NCBI GenBank assembly: GCA_963796275.1
Contig: CAWCKY010000003.1
Coordinates: 32,001 to 96,000 of the forward strand
DNA length: 64,000 nucleotides
From: an uncultured Acidobacteriota bacterium
Lineage (GTDB): Bacteria; Acidobacteriota; Blastocatellia; RBC074
Direction: 5' to 3'
The notes under the pieces were generated by a model that made no database searches, was not told the origin of the DNA, and saw nothing but the letters and a program-made list of their open reading frames with translations. Position numbers and translations under genes: made by a program. Positions 1-10,800 of this stretch are shown piece by piece (the first letter of the stretch is position 1; each line of letters starts with the position of its first letter).

Positions 1-102
1 CTGGATTTTTATTACAAGGGGTCGCGACAGCTCGCTGAAAGATCACATTGTCACGGCGATCATTTCCCTGAACATTGAATATAGACTATAGCGCGCGCTA
101 GA

Positions 103-1059
103 ATGACGCGCCATCCGCACAATTCCATGTTGGCCAAAAAAAATATGACACTCGCATCCATTTACAAATCCGTCAGACCTTCGATCGTCGCGTTCGTGTC
201 GAAGTTCGCTCCCGCTTATGACAAGACAGAACCGCCTCCGCTATTTCCGTCGATTATCGGTACTGGATTTATCGTGGATAGCCACGGCATCGTCGCAACA
301 AACTCACATGTTGTTCGTGCGATCGCCAATGTACCGAGACCATCGGATTTTCCTCCTGACAAATGGCCGGTTCACGCCATTCTTTTTCGCATCACCGAAG
401 CAGGCCAGCTCGAAATACCGCTTGAAGTGGCGGGTGTATCCCAGATCACCAAAATTAGTGCTGGAAAGGCATATTACGGGCCGAAAGAAGGACCGGACCT
501 TGGATTTGTCGTTTTGAAGGTGAAGGGCTTGGTGCCTTTGCAGATTGATGATGAGACCGAAGTCGAGGAGGGTATCGAAGTCGCTACTGCAGGTTACCCC
601 ATGGGCACGGATGCTCTAACAGCACCCGGTTGGTTGCATCAGCTCACTCCGACACTACAAAAGGGAATTGTTAGCGCCGTGCTCCCGTATCCATGCTCGC
701 GGCCGCACGGCTTCTCCATCAACATTATGACTCAGGGAGGCGCAAGTGGATCGCCAGTTTTTTCTTGCACGACAGGCCGGATCCTTGGCGTTCTCTATGC
801 AGGGCTCGACGATTTTGATGAGACATTGGATCAGAAAGATTTATACCGAGTGCCTACTGCAATCAGCTATGTCGTGCCTTCACATTACATTGCCCCAACT
901 CTCGAAAGTATGAAAGGCAATCCGGACTTTAAGATGCCAGCAGACGCAATTACCATCGACGAGATGCTGCAGCGAGGCACAATCATCAATACGTTGGAAG
1001 AGGGTCGAGAGTGGAAAGTATGGCAAGAAGCCAAAAAGCCCACCGATGAAGACCGCTAG
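103..1059 (+). CDS. Trypsin-like serine protease (S1 family), no PDZ domain or signal peptide; true start possibly 145
   Basis: GTGFIV, ATNSHVV (His), PDLGFV (Asp), AGYP and GASGSPVF (Ser) motifs. Confidence 0.9.
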   Translation: MTRHPHNSMLAKKNMTLASIYKSVRPSIVAFVSKFAPAYDKTEPPPLFPSIIGTGFIVDSHGIVATNSHVVRAIANVPRPSDFPPDKWPVHAILFRITEAGQLEIPLEVAGVSQITKISAGKAYYGPKEGPDLGFVVLKVKGLVPLQIDDETEVEEGIEVATAGYPMGTDALTAPGWLHQLTPTLQKGIVSAVLPYPCSRPHGFSINIMTQGGASGSPVFSCTTGRILGVLYAGLDDFDETLDQKDLYRVPTAISYVVPSHYIAPTLESMKGNPDFKMPADAITIDEMLQRGTIINTLEEGREWKVWQEAKKPTDEDR

Positions 1060-1071
1060 GGAAAGGGTCAA

Positions 1072-2007
1072 ATGTCTGTTCTTCAGAAAGTATTTCTACA
1101 CACACCAGCGCGCAGCCCGGCTGTTGTTCAAGACTACGAAAGACAACATCGTGAGGAAGGCGAACAACTTGACTTCAAGGCCATAGCCTGGGAGAAGGGC
1201 AAAAGTTTGGAGGCGGCAAAGGATGTGGCTGCTTTCGCTAACCATCTTGGTGGTGACATTATCATCGGCATTAACGACAAAGGAGACCGTGCCGATGGAT
1301 GGAACCCAATTCCGAACGCCGACATTCCCGCCACCATAAGAAACATTCGCGACTGGCTCATTAAACATATTCGCCCGCAAGAGGTTGCTGAAATAGTAGA
1401 CATAGAGCAGGTGGTAGCACCGCAGCCGGACTCTTCAGTGCTCGTAGTATCTATTCCACCCTTCCCCCAATTAGTCGGCATCGAGGACAGAGAGACAGAC
1501 AAGATCATCCTTCAATTTCCTATTCGCACCGGAAGGCGCATACGATGGCTTACTTTTGATGAGATTATGACCAGAACATCCACATCGACGCGAGGGACCT
1601 ATATCAAGCTCAAAGCATTGGCGGACAGCATTGGCCCTTACACTAGAATAAGTTTTACTAGTCCCGTTCTAGTTGTCGCCGGTGATGAACTGAAAGACCT
1701 ATTAAAGCAAGGCCGCATTCATTGCGAGATTGTTGAACTGACGCCCGATGTCATAAAAGTAACGATGAACGGCTCAGAAAACTCTTTACATGGACGACAA
1801 TGGCATCCTAATGGGACTGAGACCATGTCACACCCTGTGACCGTTGAGGCCGGTCATAAGCTAACGATTCCTCTTGAGTTCGTTAGAGCAGTCTGGAAAG
1901 ACCAAAAATCCATCTCGCAGATTGAACATTTGTCCATCGCCCTATCCGCTAACATTGTGTGGAATGGTGACTACTGGAGTTTTGTAACCGGCACACTCTC
2001 ACATTGA
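1072..2007 (+). CDS. Schlafen/AlbA_2 domain protein with unrecognised C-terminal domain
   Basis: EEGEQLDFK ... KDVAAFANHLGGDIIIGIND, the AlbA_2/Schlafen core signature. Confidence 0.85.
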   Translation: MSVLQKVFLHTPARSPAVVQDYERQHREEGEQLDFKAIAWEKGKSLEAAKDVAAFANHLGGDIIIGINDKGDRADGWNPIPNADIPATIRNIRDWLIKHIRPQEVAEIVDIEQVVAPQPDSSVLVVSIPPFPQLVGIEDRETDKIILQFPIRTGRRIRWLTFDEIMTRTSTSTRGTYIKLKALADSIGPYTRISFTSPVLVVAGDELKDLLKQGRIHCEIVELTPDVIKVTMNGSENSLHGRQWHPNGTETMSHPVTVEAGHKLTIPLEFVRAVWKDQKSISQIEHLSIALSANIVWNGDYWSFVTGTLSH

Positions 2008-2392
2008 TTGACGAGAAACACGGTCCAGTTGAGGTTCAATATAGGAAATTCCTGTTCAAGGTTCCAAATGGCCGAAAGTTGTGAGCGGGAAAAACTCCGG
2101 CGACAGTCCGAGTCGGCGCCGGTTTCATTTGCGCATCGTGCTCAGCTTGCCGCAGTGCGGCGCCGTTCAATCAAACCGTAAGAGTGAGCGCCCGTGAGTG
2201 GCAGGGATAGATGCGTATCCTTTCAGCCGAAAACTAATATCGTCCTCACTTTCTCCTTACGCCCTTTATTTTTCTTGAAAACAAAGCGGACAGCATCGCC
2301 GCGCATAATCTGATTGCTAACCGGCTTCGATGGATATTGGCCAAGCCTGCGCCTCGCAAACAACCGTTTTCAACAAGTGACAAGGAGGATCT

Positions 2393-2824
2393 ATGTCGGA
2401 AATAGATCGCGCTGAAAAACTGATCGTCGCATTGGGGCAACGAATCAGTGAGCAGAATGGAATACTCCAGATGATTGCGGAAAGTCTTCAAGGAGTTGAA
2501 TCACATCTGCGCCAGATTGCCATCTCATCAAACCCCGCTCCCAACTACCAGCGGCCTTTGAGCGAATATGCGGATTTTGACTGGCCCTCAATCGGCGCAA
2601 GCGTTCTCAATCGAGACGACGACGGTGTGACAGCCGTCGAATGGAACGGTCAGGTCTTCACGCGCCGGTCGCCCAACAATAAATTTGACGCCGCCGTATG
2701 GTTTTCGCGCCATCTTGGTTCGGATTCTGATGGCAATAAGCGGTATGCGCGGCTGATCACCTTCAGAGCCTTGAGCGATGCGGAGCCGATCGCCTCCAAG
2801 GCGAAGAAGGCGATCCGCACGTAA
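2393..2824 (+). CDS. DdrB-like single-stranded DNA binding/annealing protein
   Basis: YQRPLSEYADFDWPSIGA...G..FTRR...AAVWFSR...DG...YARLITFR is colinear with Deinococcus DdrB motifs as I recall them (YQFP...ADFDW..IGA...RR...AAI.YSR...Y..L..FR); AAGGAGG RBS. Confidence 0.72.
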   Translation: MSEIDRAEKLIVALGQRISEQNGILQMIAESLQGVESHLRQIAISSNPAPNYQRPLSEYADFDWPSIGASVLNRDDDGVTAVEWNGQVFTRRSPNNKFDAAVWFSRHLGSDSDGNKRYARLITFRALSDAEPIASKAKKAIRT

Positions 2825-2911
2825 TGTATTGGGGCTTTTGGGCGTTGGCCACAAATTGCGCGTGAATGTGATATATTGGAACTTAAAGCCAGCTTCAATT
2901 AAACATAAGTT

Positions 2912-3448
2912 ATGAATAATCTCACGTTAAAAGCCGGACAGGTGGCCGCCGCCCTAAACATTTCCACCAAGCGTTTACAGAACACAGTGGATGCTGGATA
3001 TCTGCGCCCGGCGAAGGCCGGTCGTGGACGCGGCAGCGAGCGGCGGTACAGTTTTGAGGATGTGGTGCGTATGCAGGCGTTAGAAATCCTGGTCAAATCT
3101 TACGGATTGGCAACGCCCCGCGCCGCGAGGATGCTCTCAGAGGTTTGGCCGAAGCGCTTTAATCCCCAGCGGCGTCTGCTTGTCATTCATCCCGAACCTG
3201 CCATACGCGGGGTCAAACTGGAGCCGATCAAACTTCCGCTCAGCGAGATAGCGGCGGCAGCCGAAACCCGCATTCAGCAAGTTCTGGTGGACTATAAGGA
3301 AAAGAAGCGCGGAAGGCCCGCCGGCTGGTCGGCTAAGTTCACCAAGACTTTGTTGCAGGTCTCCGATGCGTTGCAGGGCGCGAGCGACAAAGAAATTGAG
3401 GAGGAGATCGCCAAATATCGCCGGAAGCGGCGCGCGAGGAAAAAGTAG
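2912..3448 (+). CDS. MerR-type HTH protein, putative antitoxin/regulator
   Basis: N-terminal MerR HTH (AGQVAAALNISTKRLQN...GYLRP...RRYSFEDV); C-terminal SDKEIEEEIAKYRR; stop overlaps the PIN gene start. Confidence 0.75.
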   Translation: MNNLTLKAGQVAAALNISTKRLQNTVDAGYLRPAKAGRGRGSERRYSFEDVVRMQALEILVKSYGLATPRAARMLSEVWPKRFNPQRRLLVIHPEPAIRGVKLEPIKLPLSEIAAAAETRIQQVLVDYKEKKRGRPAGWSAKFTKTLLQVSDALQGASDKEIEEEIAKYRRKRRARKK

Positions 3449-3897
3449 TGGCGCGGCGTCGCCGGCTCGGGCGTGTAGTCGTTGACACATCTGTTGTAAT
3501 TCGCGCGGCGCGGGCATTCCGCCAGCAACCTCCGGAACCCGGCACACCCGAATTGCAGCTCGTGCTGGCCTGGCGTGATGATCCTGAGGTCTTCACTTGG
3601 CTCTACAGCCAAGAGATTCTGACCGAGTACCGTGAGATTTTGCGCCACCTCAAAGTCCCGCGCGATGCGGCGGGACGATTCATCAATTTGCTCGGCCAAG
3701 GCGGTGAGGAGATAACAGAACCTGCGACGGGAGAATTCTCGCCGGATCCGAAAGATGATCCTTTCTATCATTGCGCGCTCGGTGGCGACGCCGACTATAT
3801 CATCACCGACAACGTCCGAGACTTCCCACCAGTCCGAAACAGAAAACGCCCCGGTATAATTACACCCGCCGATGCGGTTGCGAAGCTTTGGTCTTAG
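3448..3897 (+). CDS. PIN-domain putative toxin (PIN_3-like)
   Basis: RVVVDTSV, EILTEYREIL, DPKDDPFYHCA, ADYIITDNVRDF acidic active-site motifs. Confidence 0.88.
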   Translation: MARRRRLGRVVVDTSVVIRAARAFRQQPPEPGTPELQLVLAWRDDPEVFTWLYSQEILTEYREILRHLKVPRDAAGRFINLLGQGGEEITEPATGEFSPDPKDDPFYHCALGGDADYIITDNVRDFPPVRNRKRPGIITPADAVAKLWS

Positions 3898-3956
3898 GCG
3901 CCATCGGAATAAGAACGGATATCTGATAATACGGTTCGGAATGGAGGCCAGCCAAG

Positions 3957-4295
3957 ATGTCCAACTACGGTCACGACCAACCCCCGTATGATAACGATGA
4001 TGACGAGCGGTTCTATGAGGAGACCGTCTACAACGAAGAGCACTATATAGAGCAGGAACAGGAGTTGATCAGGCAGTCAAATCTTGAACTCGAGCTTGAG
4101 AGACTTGAAGACGAAAATATACGAGAGATGCGGGAGGAAGGATTGCTTAGGCTGACACTGGTCAAGCCCGGCGAGAACAAGCCTGAAGACAATCAGCTGG
4201 AGCCTGCGAATTCTCTCGATGATTTGGCCGAAATGCCTTTTGAAAGCGATGGAGGGCGAGAATCCCAACTCGTTCTCGGCTTGATGTTGCATTAG
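3957..4295 (+). CDS. Small, highly acidic hypothetical protein
   Basis: 112-aa ORF with upstream GGAGG; very D/E-rich. Confidence 0.5.
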   Translation: MSNYGHDQPPYDNDDDERFYEETVYNEEHYIEQEQELIRQSNLELELERLEDENIREMREEGLLRLTLVKPGENKPEDNQLEPANSLDDLAEMPFESDGGRESQLVLGLMLH

Positions 4296-4731
4296 GTATA
4301 GATACCGAAATCTTTGATGTTGATACGAGCCGAATAAGAAAAAGCGCTTGCATCCGTGGGATAACTGCAAGCGCTTGAAATTTGGCGGCCACCTTCCTCA
4401 CCCTGGCAGCCCCCTGACACCGTTCAGTGGAGTTAACCACCTGGTATCTCGTTGCCCCACTTTGTCTATCGCAACGACGGTGCCAGAGAGTTCCACCTGG
4501 GGATGAACGCGAGAAGCCTAATAAAATCAGGCGTTCTGGTGTTCTTCGATATTTTCTCGTGTGGTCTCAACCGAGCATTCAAGCAATTCTTACACGATCC
4601 GCTGGGAAGTTTTTTCCTTACCGCAAACAAGAAGGGCCTACATGTTCGAAATCTGTGACTTCATGATCCGGATGCGCCAATCCTTGGGGCCACAGCGATG
4701 CCATTACATTCGCTAGGCCGCGGCCAGCCGA

Positions 4732-4758
4732 ACTGATCGAAAACGCGCCGAGTGCCAT
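4732..4758 (-). pseudogene. 5' remnant (MALGAFSIS) of a VOC/glyoxalase gene, cut at a GTT core
   Basis: ATG 33 bp after the attC site encodes MALGAFSIS, resembling the MxLGAFSISLAVKD start of a VOC subfamily; similarity stops at GTTCGGC. Confidence 0.45.
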
Positions 4759-4790
4759 GCTTTGCTTCTTTCCGTACGGTAGTGGTTAAA

Positions 4791-4858
4791 GCCGAACGGC
4801 AGACTTCACCTGCGCGCGGAGCAAAGCGAAGCGCGACAGGTGGAATCCATAGTTCGCT
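4791..4858 (-). other. Integron attC recombination site (68 bp)
   Basis: Minus strand AGCGAAC-TATGG-ATTCCACC-TGTCGCGCTTCGCTTTGCTCCGCGCGCA-GGTGAAG-TCTGCC-GTTCGGC: R'', 5-nt spacer, 8-nt L'' with extra C, second unpaired T, stem-loop, 7-nt L', 6-nt spacer, R'. Confidence 0.8.
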
Positions 4859-4875
4859 GGTATCAGCCCTTGCTG

Positions 4876-7800
4876 TCAGTACTTCATTTTATGGAGCTTG
4901 TTAATCGCACCAGGATAAAGCTTAAAATCCAGCGAGTTATCAATTCGGACGACCGCTGTCGTATGCAAATACTGGCTGCCTAGGCTACCAATGCCTTTTT
5001 CGTACCGACGCAGTCTGACGAGCACTAATAACTCTGCCCTTCGCTTCATCAGTACGTCTTTCAGGAAACCCGAACTGCAAACTAGTCGTTTGGCGCTAAT
5101 CGATTCTTCTTCGTCGTACGCAGAATTGCGGCCCCACGCCTCCGATCGCGCCGCTACTCGTCCTGTTGGATCGCCCCACGTTCGCCTAAAAGGGTCCAGC
5201 GGCTTCAGTGCGCCGATCTCGTTTATGGCCTTCGTGAAGTAAAGCCGCCGTACTGCAGCAGTCACGCCGAGTAGATCGGTTTCATCTAGTCCTGCCTCGA
5301 TGTGAGGCCAGACGACCCATGGCTCATAAGGCTCTTTCTCAGAGAGTGAGTATTCATCGCCATCGTCGCGTTCTTCGGCCCGCGGCAGCCACGCTCGAAA
5401 GGGGTCTTCTTGAGACAACTGAAGCGCCAATTTTTTAGCAAAGCGAGGAGGCGCCAAGGCTGACCAAATGTCAATCTCAATTCCATCAGCCGAGCGCCAG
5501 TCACCAGCGACTACAACTTCCTCTCCTATGGATGATTCGATATTCAAGAGAGATAGAAGCTTTGCCTTGTCACCGGTGAGGACGAGCCCTTTATCTCCTA
5601 TCTCATAGAGGTTAACTTGTGCGCCCACTGGTGGCCTATCGACTCCGTCTGCAAGCCACAGCCCGTTCCTTCTCGTGAGCGATTCGTGCCTCAGCCACTC
5701 GCGCCAGGGATCGTTGTCATCAAATGGACGCTGAACGACTGGATATTTTGCTAGGAACTCGCCCGCCACGAGGTAGAGCGCGTGCCATCCCAGTTGCTGC
5801 CCGTAGAGATGATACCGGTCGGTCATTTCTCTTAAGCGGTCTCGTTGACGGACAGCACGTCCGCCGCTTTCGTACATGCTCTTTACCTGCGGATCGTATT
5901 TTCGCACCCAGGCGGTTATGGCATCCTTTGTTTCCCACCTTGATCTGTCAAACATACCGCTCACCTTGGCGACATCATGTTTGTCGAAATCATAGTCCAG
6001 GTTGAAATCGAACCCTGGCTTCGGCATCGAGCCCGGGCGCTTCTTGTAAATTGAGTCGCGCTCGTACTGCTTCGTCTTTTTCATCGGGAAGGGCGAAGCG
6101 TTGACTCTCTTTAGCGCCTTGATGTCACCTTCCGACAGGACAATCCTACCGCCACTCACGCAGGCTAAGAGAGTACGCGCGGCGAAGTGGCGCATCAGTA
6201 CATGTGGCACATTCGTACCTAACGCGACGGTCTTCAGCGTATCGGCATACTTCGTTACATTCTGCGGATGATCGATTGCCACTCGGGCAAGCGCAATTAG
6301 CAGCCAAAGCCGCGCGTGCAGATAGTAAAAGGGCAGTTCCGGTGCTTGATACGGATGGGCGTCCGTGGAATGAAATCTTCCGATGAGCGCGTCGATCACT
6401 TCCCACTTACCAAGCCTTGCGAAGCATCGGATGCTGTGGGCCGCCCTCCAACGATGTGCAGCGGAAGGCGAGCCGAGCGTGCGCCACAAGAGGCCTGCCG
6501 TAATATCCGTTTCTCCGCCTTTCGGATAGAGACCGTCCCTCCATACGCCGTCAACTACTGTTGATGCCAACTTCGCAGAGTTGCTATTCAGCAATCGCTT
6601 GAGCGCGATTTGACCCTCGCCATGTTTGGCCTTCTCACAAATGATTGCCGTAAGACCCATCCAGGTTGATGCAGGCAAGTGTGAATCCGGTGACGCGAAA
6701 ATCGCGATCAATTCGAGTGCCAGTACTGGCACCGGGATCCCGGACAGTTCGGTAATATCCTTCAGTTTGGAACCGGAGAGATAGTCATGATTAACAAAGT
6801 CATTTGCGTGAATCTGAATAAGCGGCTCTGCGATATCGCGGAATACTTTTCGCAAAGCCGCTGAAGAGTCACTCCATTTCTCCTTGCACTCCCTCAACAC
6901 GCGCAGTTTTGTGTAGATATCGAGGATCTCAAGCCGAGAGATGATCTGGACATATTTCGGCCTTTCTTCATATTTGAGCTTTCCCCGAAATTTATCGAAA
7001 AACTCGTTCTTAAAGGCATAGACGTACTGCAAGTTATTCAATGCATCGATAGCCCGCGCCATTGACTCCTCGTCGGCCGGGTCCGTTTCATTACCAATCT
7101 TCTTCATGGCGCGCCGGGTTTCTTCTTCCTGGTCGTTTGCCGCCTCTGCGGAGCGGAGATATTGCGGGCCGCGATAGTTTCGGTTCTCACTCTCTTCGTT
7201 GCGCAGCTTCTCGAACTTCTGCGCGGCGATGGAGAGATAGGTCGTTAGCTCGGAGTCCTTGTCTAGTTCGCGCTCGGCAATTTTGCGGAGCGTTGCAAGA
7301 GTGCTAGGCATGAAAACGCCCGAGTGATTCTGTTCGAATTGCAAGATCAGCTCGGTCAATAGAGCCTTCGAATTCGGATATCGCTTTTCGGCGATTACTT
7401 CTGCAAGTTGTGCCGTACCGCAGGAGTACAGTTCTACAGGAGCCGATAGGCGAAGCAGCCCCAGAGCAATGGCCGGGTCGATCTTGTCCTGCTCAATGAG
7501 TGCCATGAGGTAAGGCAGCAACGTATAGTCCAGAGTACTCTTGTCGCGGTCATCCCAACGCCCTAGTTTCGCGAGCGACCTGCATCCTGAAGTCCTAGCC
7601 AATCCCCTTGCGAATTCCAGCCAGGGAAACTTATCTTGTTCATAGATGTTGAGTTCGCAAATGTTTGAAAGCGTGTGAAAGTCGCCTTCTTCAAGCTCGT
7701 CGCCCCGTAACTCCGCTGCATAGAGCAACAGTTCGCTAGTGAACTGGTAATCGCCTGAGCCTATAGCGTCCATCTGGTCAAGACCGAGGCGGAAGTAGGC

Positions 7801-10800
7801 GGCCGTCTCCTCGACACTTGCAGGCATGATCGCCCTGGACAACTCCGCGAATAGAGATGCCCGTCGACTGACTTCATCCTCGAGCTCAATAAGGGACTTC
7901 GCACTCAGCGCAATTTTCCCCGCCAGTTCCTGAAGGTCCAACCTTTTCGCGAGAATTGCGATGATCTTAACAAGCGTTGATACCGGTGCGATGCCTGCCT
8001 CGCTGACCTTCGCGACAAATACCTCAGTGGAAGAGCCTTTAAGATCGCTCCGCGCCCAGATAGCAAAAATCAACAACTGGCGGCCTAGCAGATCAAAAAA
8101 CAGGCTCCTTTCGTGACGGTCCGAGTAACGGTCCCGCTTCATTCTGAACTTTGCCCACAACTCAACCAACTCCAGGAATGGCTTGTCGCCCTTCCCGGCA
8201 CCAGAGGAGAGCATTTTCGTGAACGCCTGGGCCATCTCAAATAATGTCTCAAGCCGCTCATCGATAAAATGCTCCGCCTCCCTCTTAGTTTCATAGCGCA
8301 TGGGCTTCTTTTCGGCTGGCAATCCCTGGTGTGACTTGAATTCCTCCTCCAACTCTTTTTTGAGCGTCTTCCGGAAAGCCTCCCCTTTCGTACCCTTCGG
8401 AACGCGCGCACCGAAATCAACGAGTTCCTGTGGCAAAAGTGTATACTCAGCAATTGGTTGGCGCTCCACAGCAGCGCGAAGGGCCATATAGGCGATAAAA
8501 GGAAACACATCCTTAGTCGAAAAGTGATCCACGAAGTACCAGAGGCCCGGCCTTTCGTTGGAAATAGTTTCCGCGATTGCAAGCGCCTCTGCGCGCATTT
8601 TCATTGCGACCGCGACGGCGGTAGCTTTCAGCATGCCGTCTTGAATGGGATCCATTTCCCGGAGGAACCCCTCACTCTTTTCAATGGTTTTCTTCTTTTC
8701 GCAAGCTTTGGCAAGCTCTCGAATCATGCGTCGGCGCGCAGCGTTGTCGAGTTCCATGAAGGAGAGAGCGGCTGCGAGGATGCCGCGTTGCGATTTAAGC
8801 GAATCCAGAAAGCGGCGAATGTTGGCGGTCGGAACTGTTTCCATTCTCTCCGCTTGGTGCAGCAACGTGAAGATATGTTCAGCGACTTCGTATGCGTACC
8901 AATCCTTCCATCCTTTCATGAATTGCGCGGCATCTTGCCCTCGATCCTGGGCGACAAGGCATACGGGTATTGACGCGATGTCGAGCCTTTCCGGCCCGCT
9001 TCTGTCTCTGCGGTATTCATCGTCCTGCCGATAGAAGTGATGAATCCATTCATCGGCGTTTACAACATGCCGGTACGCGTCGCTTAAGTCGCCGGACAAG
9101 ACGCTTGCAATCGTAAGTCTTGCGTAGCGTGTTCCGGGCCATTGTGTACGCGTCTCGAATAGTCGTCTGGTCGCATCAATGTCGTGGGATGCTATAACCA
9201 GATCGGGATTGTCCAGCACATACTCCGTGCCACGCTGGTTAACAGCAGCGAGGGTTGATAGCTCCACCAGCAAATGGACAAGACGGTCGAAATCTTCCTT
9301 CCTGGCGGCATGAAGTACAGCGGCTTTGAGTCTTGCGTAGCGTATGTTCTGCTTGCCAACAGTGCTCGCGATCGCTGTTGGAAACCGCTCATCGAATGCC
9401 AACTTGAATAACAACTTCCCATCATTAAGCTTCTGAAGCAGGCCTGGAAGCGCGCTCGCCGCATATACCGATGTTCCTTGCTTTTTGAAGAGGTTCCTGG
9501 CGAGGGCGCGCAGAGTGTCTGCTTTGGCAGCGTAAACATCACGAACAACCGTTTCAGTGGGTTCATCGCGGAACATCAATCCATGTCTTGTCTGCTCTAG
9601 CAGAGGTGCCAAGTCCGTCGCGAAGCTTCTTACTGCGCTTAGGTCCATTCCGTGAGCATCTGCGTACTCATAAAGCGGAACGGGCGGCGGTAAGATCGAC
9701 AGACCGGCGAGAAACGCGTTGATTTCACGTTTCTTGTAGCCTCGTTTCAATGCTTCGCCGAGCGCCTTCTGAATGCGTTCCTTTAAGAGGTCGTCCAGTT
9801 TTATTACGTTATTGAGCTCCGCCGACTCAAGAAGGCCTCTGTCGCTCAGCGCAAGGTGTTCGAGTATTCGGGGGTTCCCTTCAGATCGTGAATAGGCGAC
9901 CTGAATTTGAGCATCGGTCACTTTCGGAATGCGGTCACGGAGATACTTCTCCGTTTCTGCGGGGCTGAAGGGATTTAGTTTGAATTCTTCACACGGAACG
10001 TCGCCTCTGGAGATGTCACGTCGGTAGGTTCGACAACTTACGATGAGCTGTACTCCGTCAACAGGGCCGCTATGGTGGAAGCTTTCGAGCAAAAGCCTCG
10101 GAAAAGTCGGCTCACCCTTGTCTTTTGCATGTTCGGCGGCGTTGTCTATAGCATCAATGAACAGCAGGAGTTGTTTGTCACCCGATCCTCTCTGCAGCGT
10201 GGCAACTGCCTGAGAGAGGCGGGCTCGGAAAGCTTTGACGAGTTCTTCAACGTTCTCATTGATTGGTAGGAGCGGATCGCACAAGCCATCGCACGCAAGG
10301 CTGTTAATGATGTGGATTAGGCCACGCTTCGGAAGATGCCGCGCATCTTCAGGCGCTCGGTAAGCGCCGCCGCCAAAGCAATCGAACAGAACTGTTTCGT
10401 GAGTCTCTCCCAGTATCATCGCGAGGCTTTGAAGAAAGACAGTTTTCCCAACGCCGCCATCGGCGTGAATCAGGAGCGGCTTGTCTAGTTTGGGAATTTT
10501 GCCGCCGAGGGCTGATAGCTGTTCGCGCTCAACGACATTGCCGACTTCAGGAAAGCTGGCCGGGCAAGGAAAGAGGTCATCGGGGCTTTGCAGTTCCAAG
10601 GCGTCGAGAACGTCTGTCCGCGTTATAACGTTTTGTCCTTCGCCTGCTAGGCCTGCCTTTTCCCGGAGCAACTGTCTCAAGTTGCCCAATCTGGCCCGCG
10701 CCATAGCGTCAGGAGCAACCGACCAATCGGCGAGAACGAGGGAAAGATGTTGCTTGTTTTGTCTCAAGCTACCAGCTAGGCCAGTGATCCTGACCTTCTG

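Noticed and set aside
3003-3012. TGCGCCCGGC matches the tRNA-Arg 3' end (possible attL)
   Set aside because: Only 10 bp, inside an intact MerR CDS, with no arm or IHF sites nearby
4427-4666. Short ORFs as avs3b or another partner gene
   Set aside because: Wrong strand or interrupted by stops; separated from avs3a by the attC; no convincing protein signal
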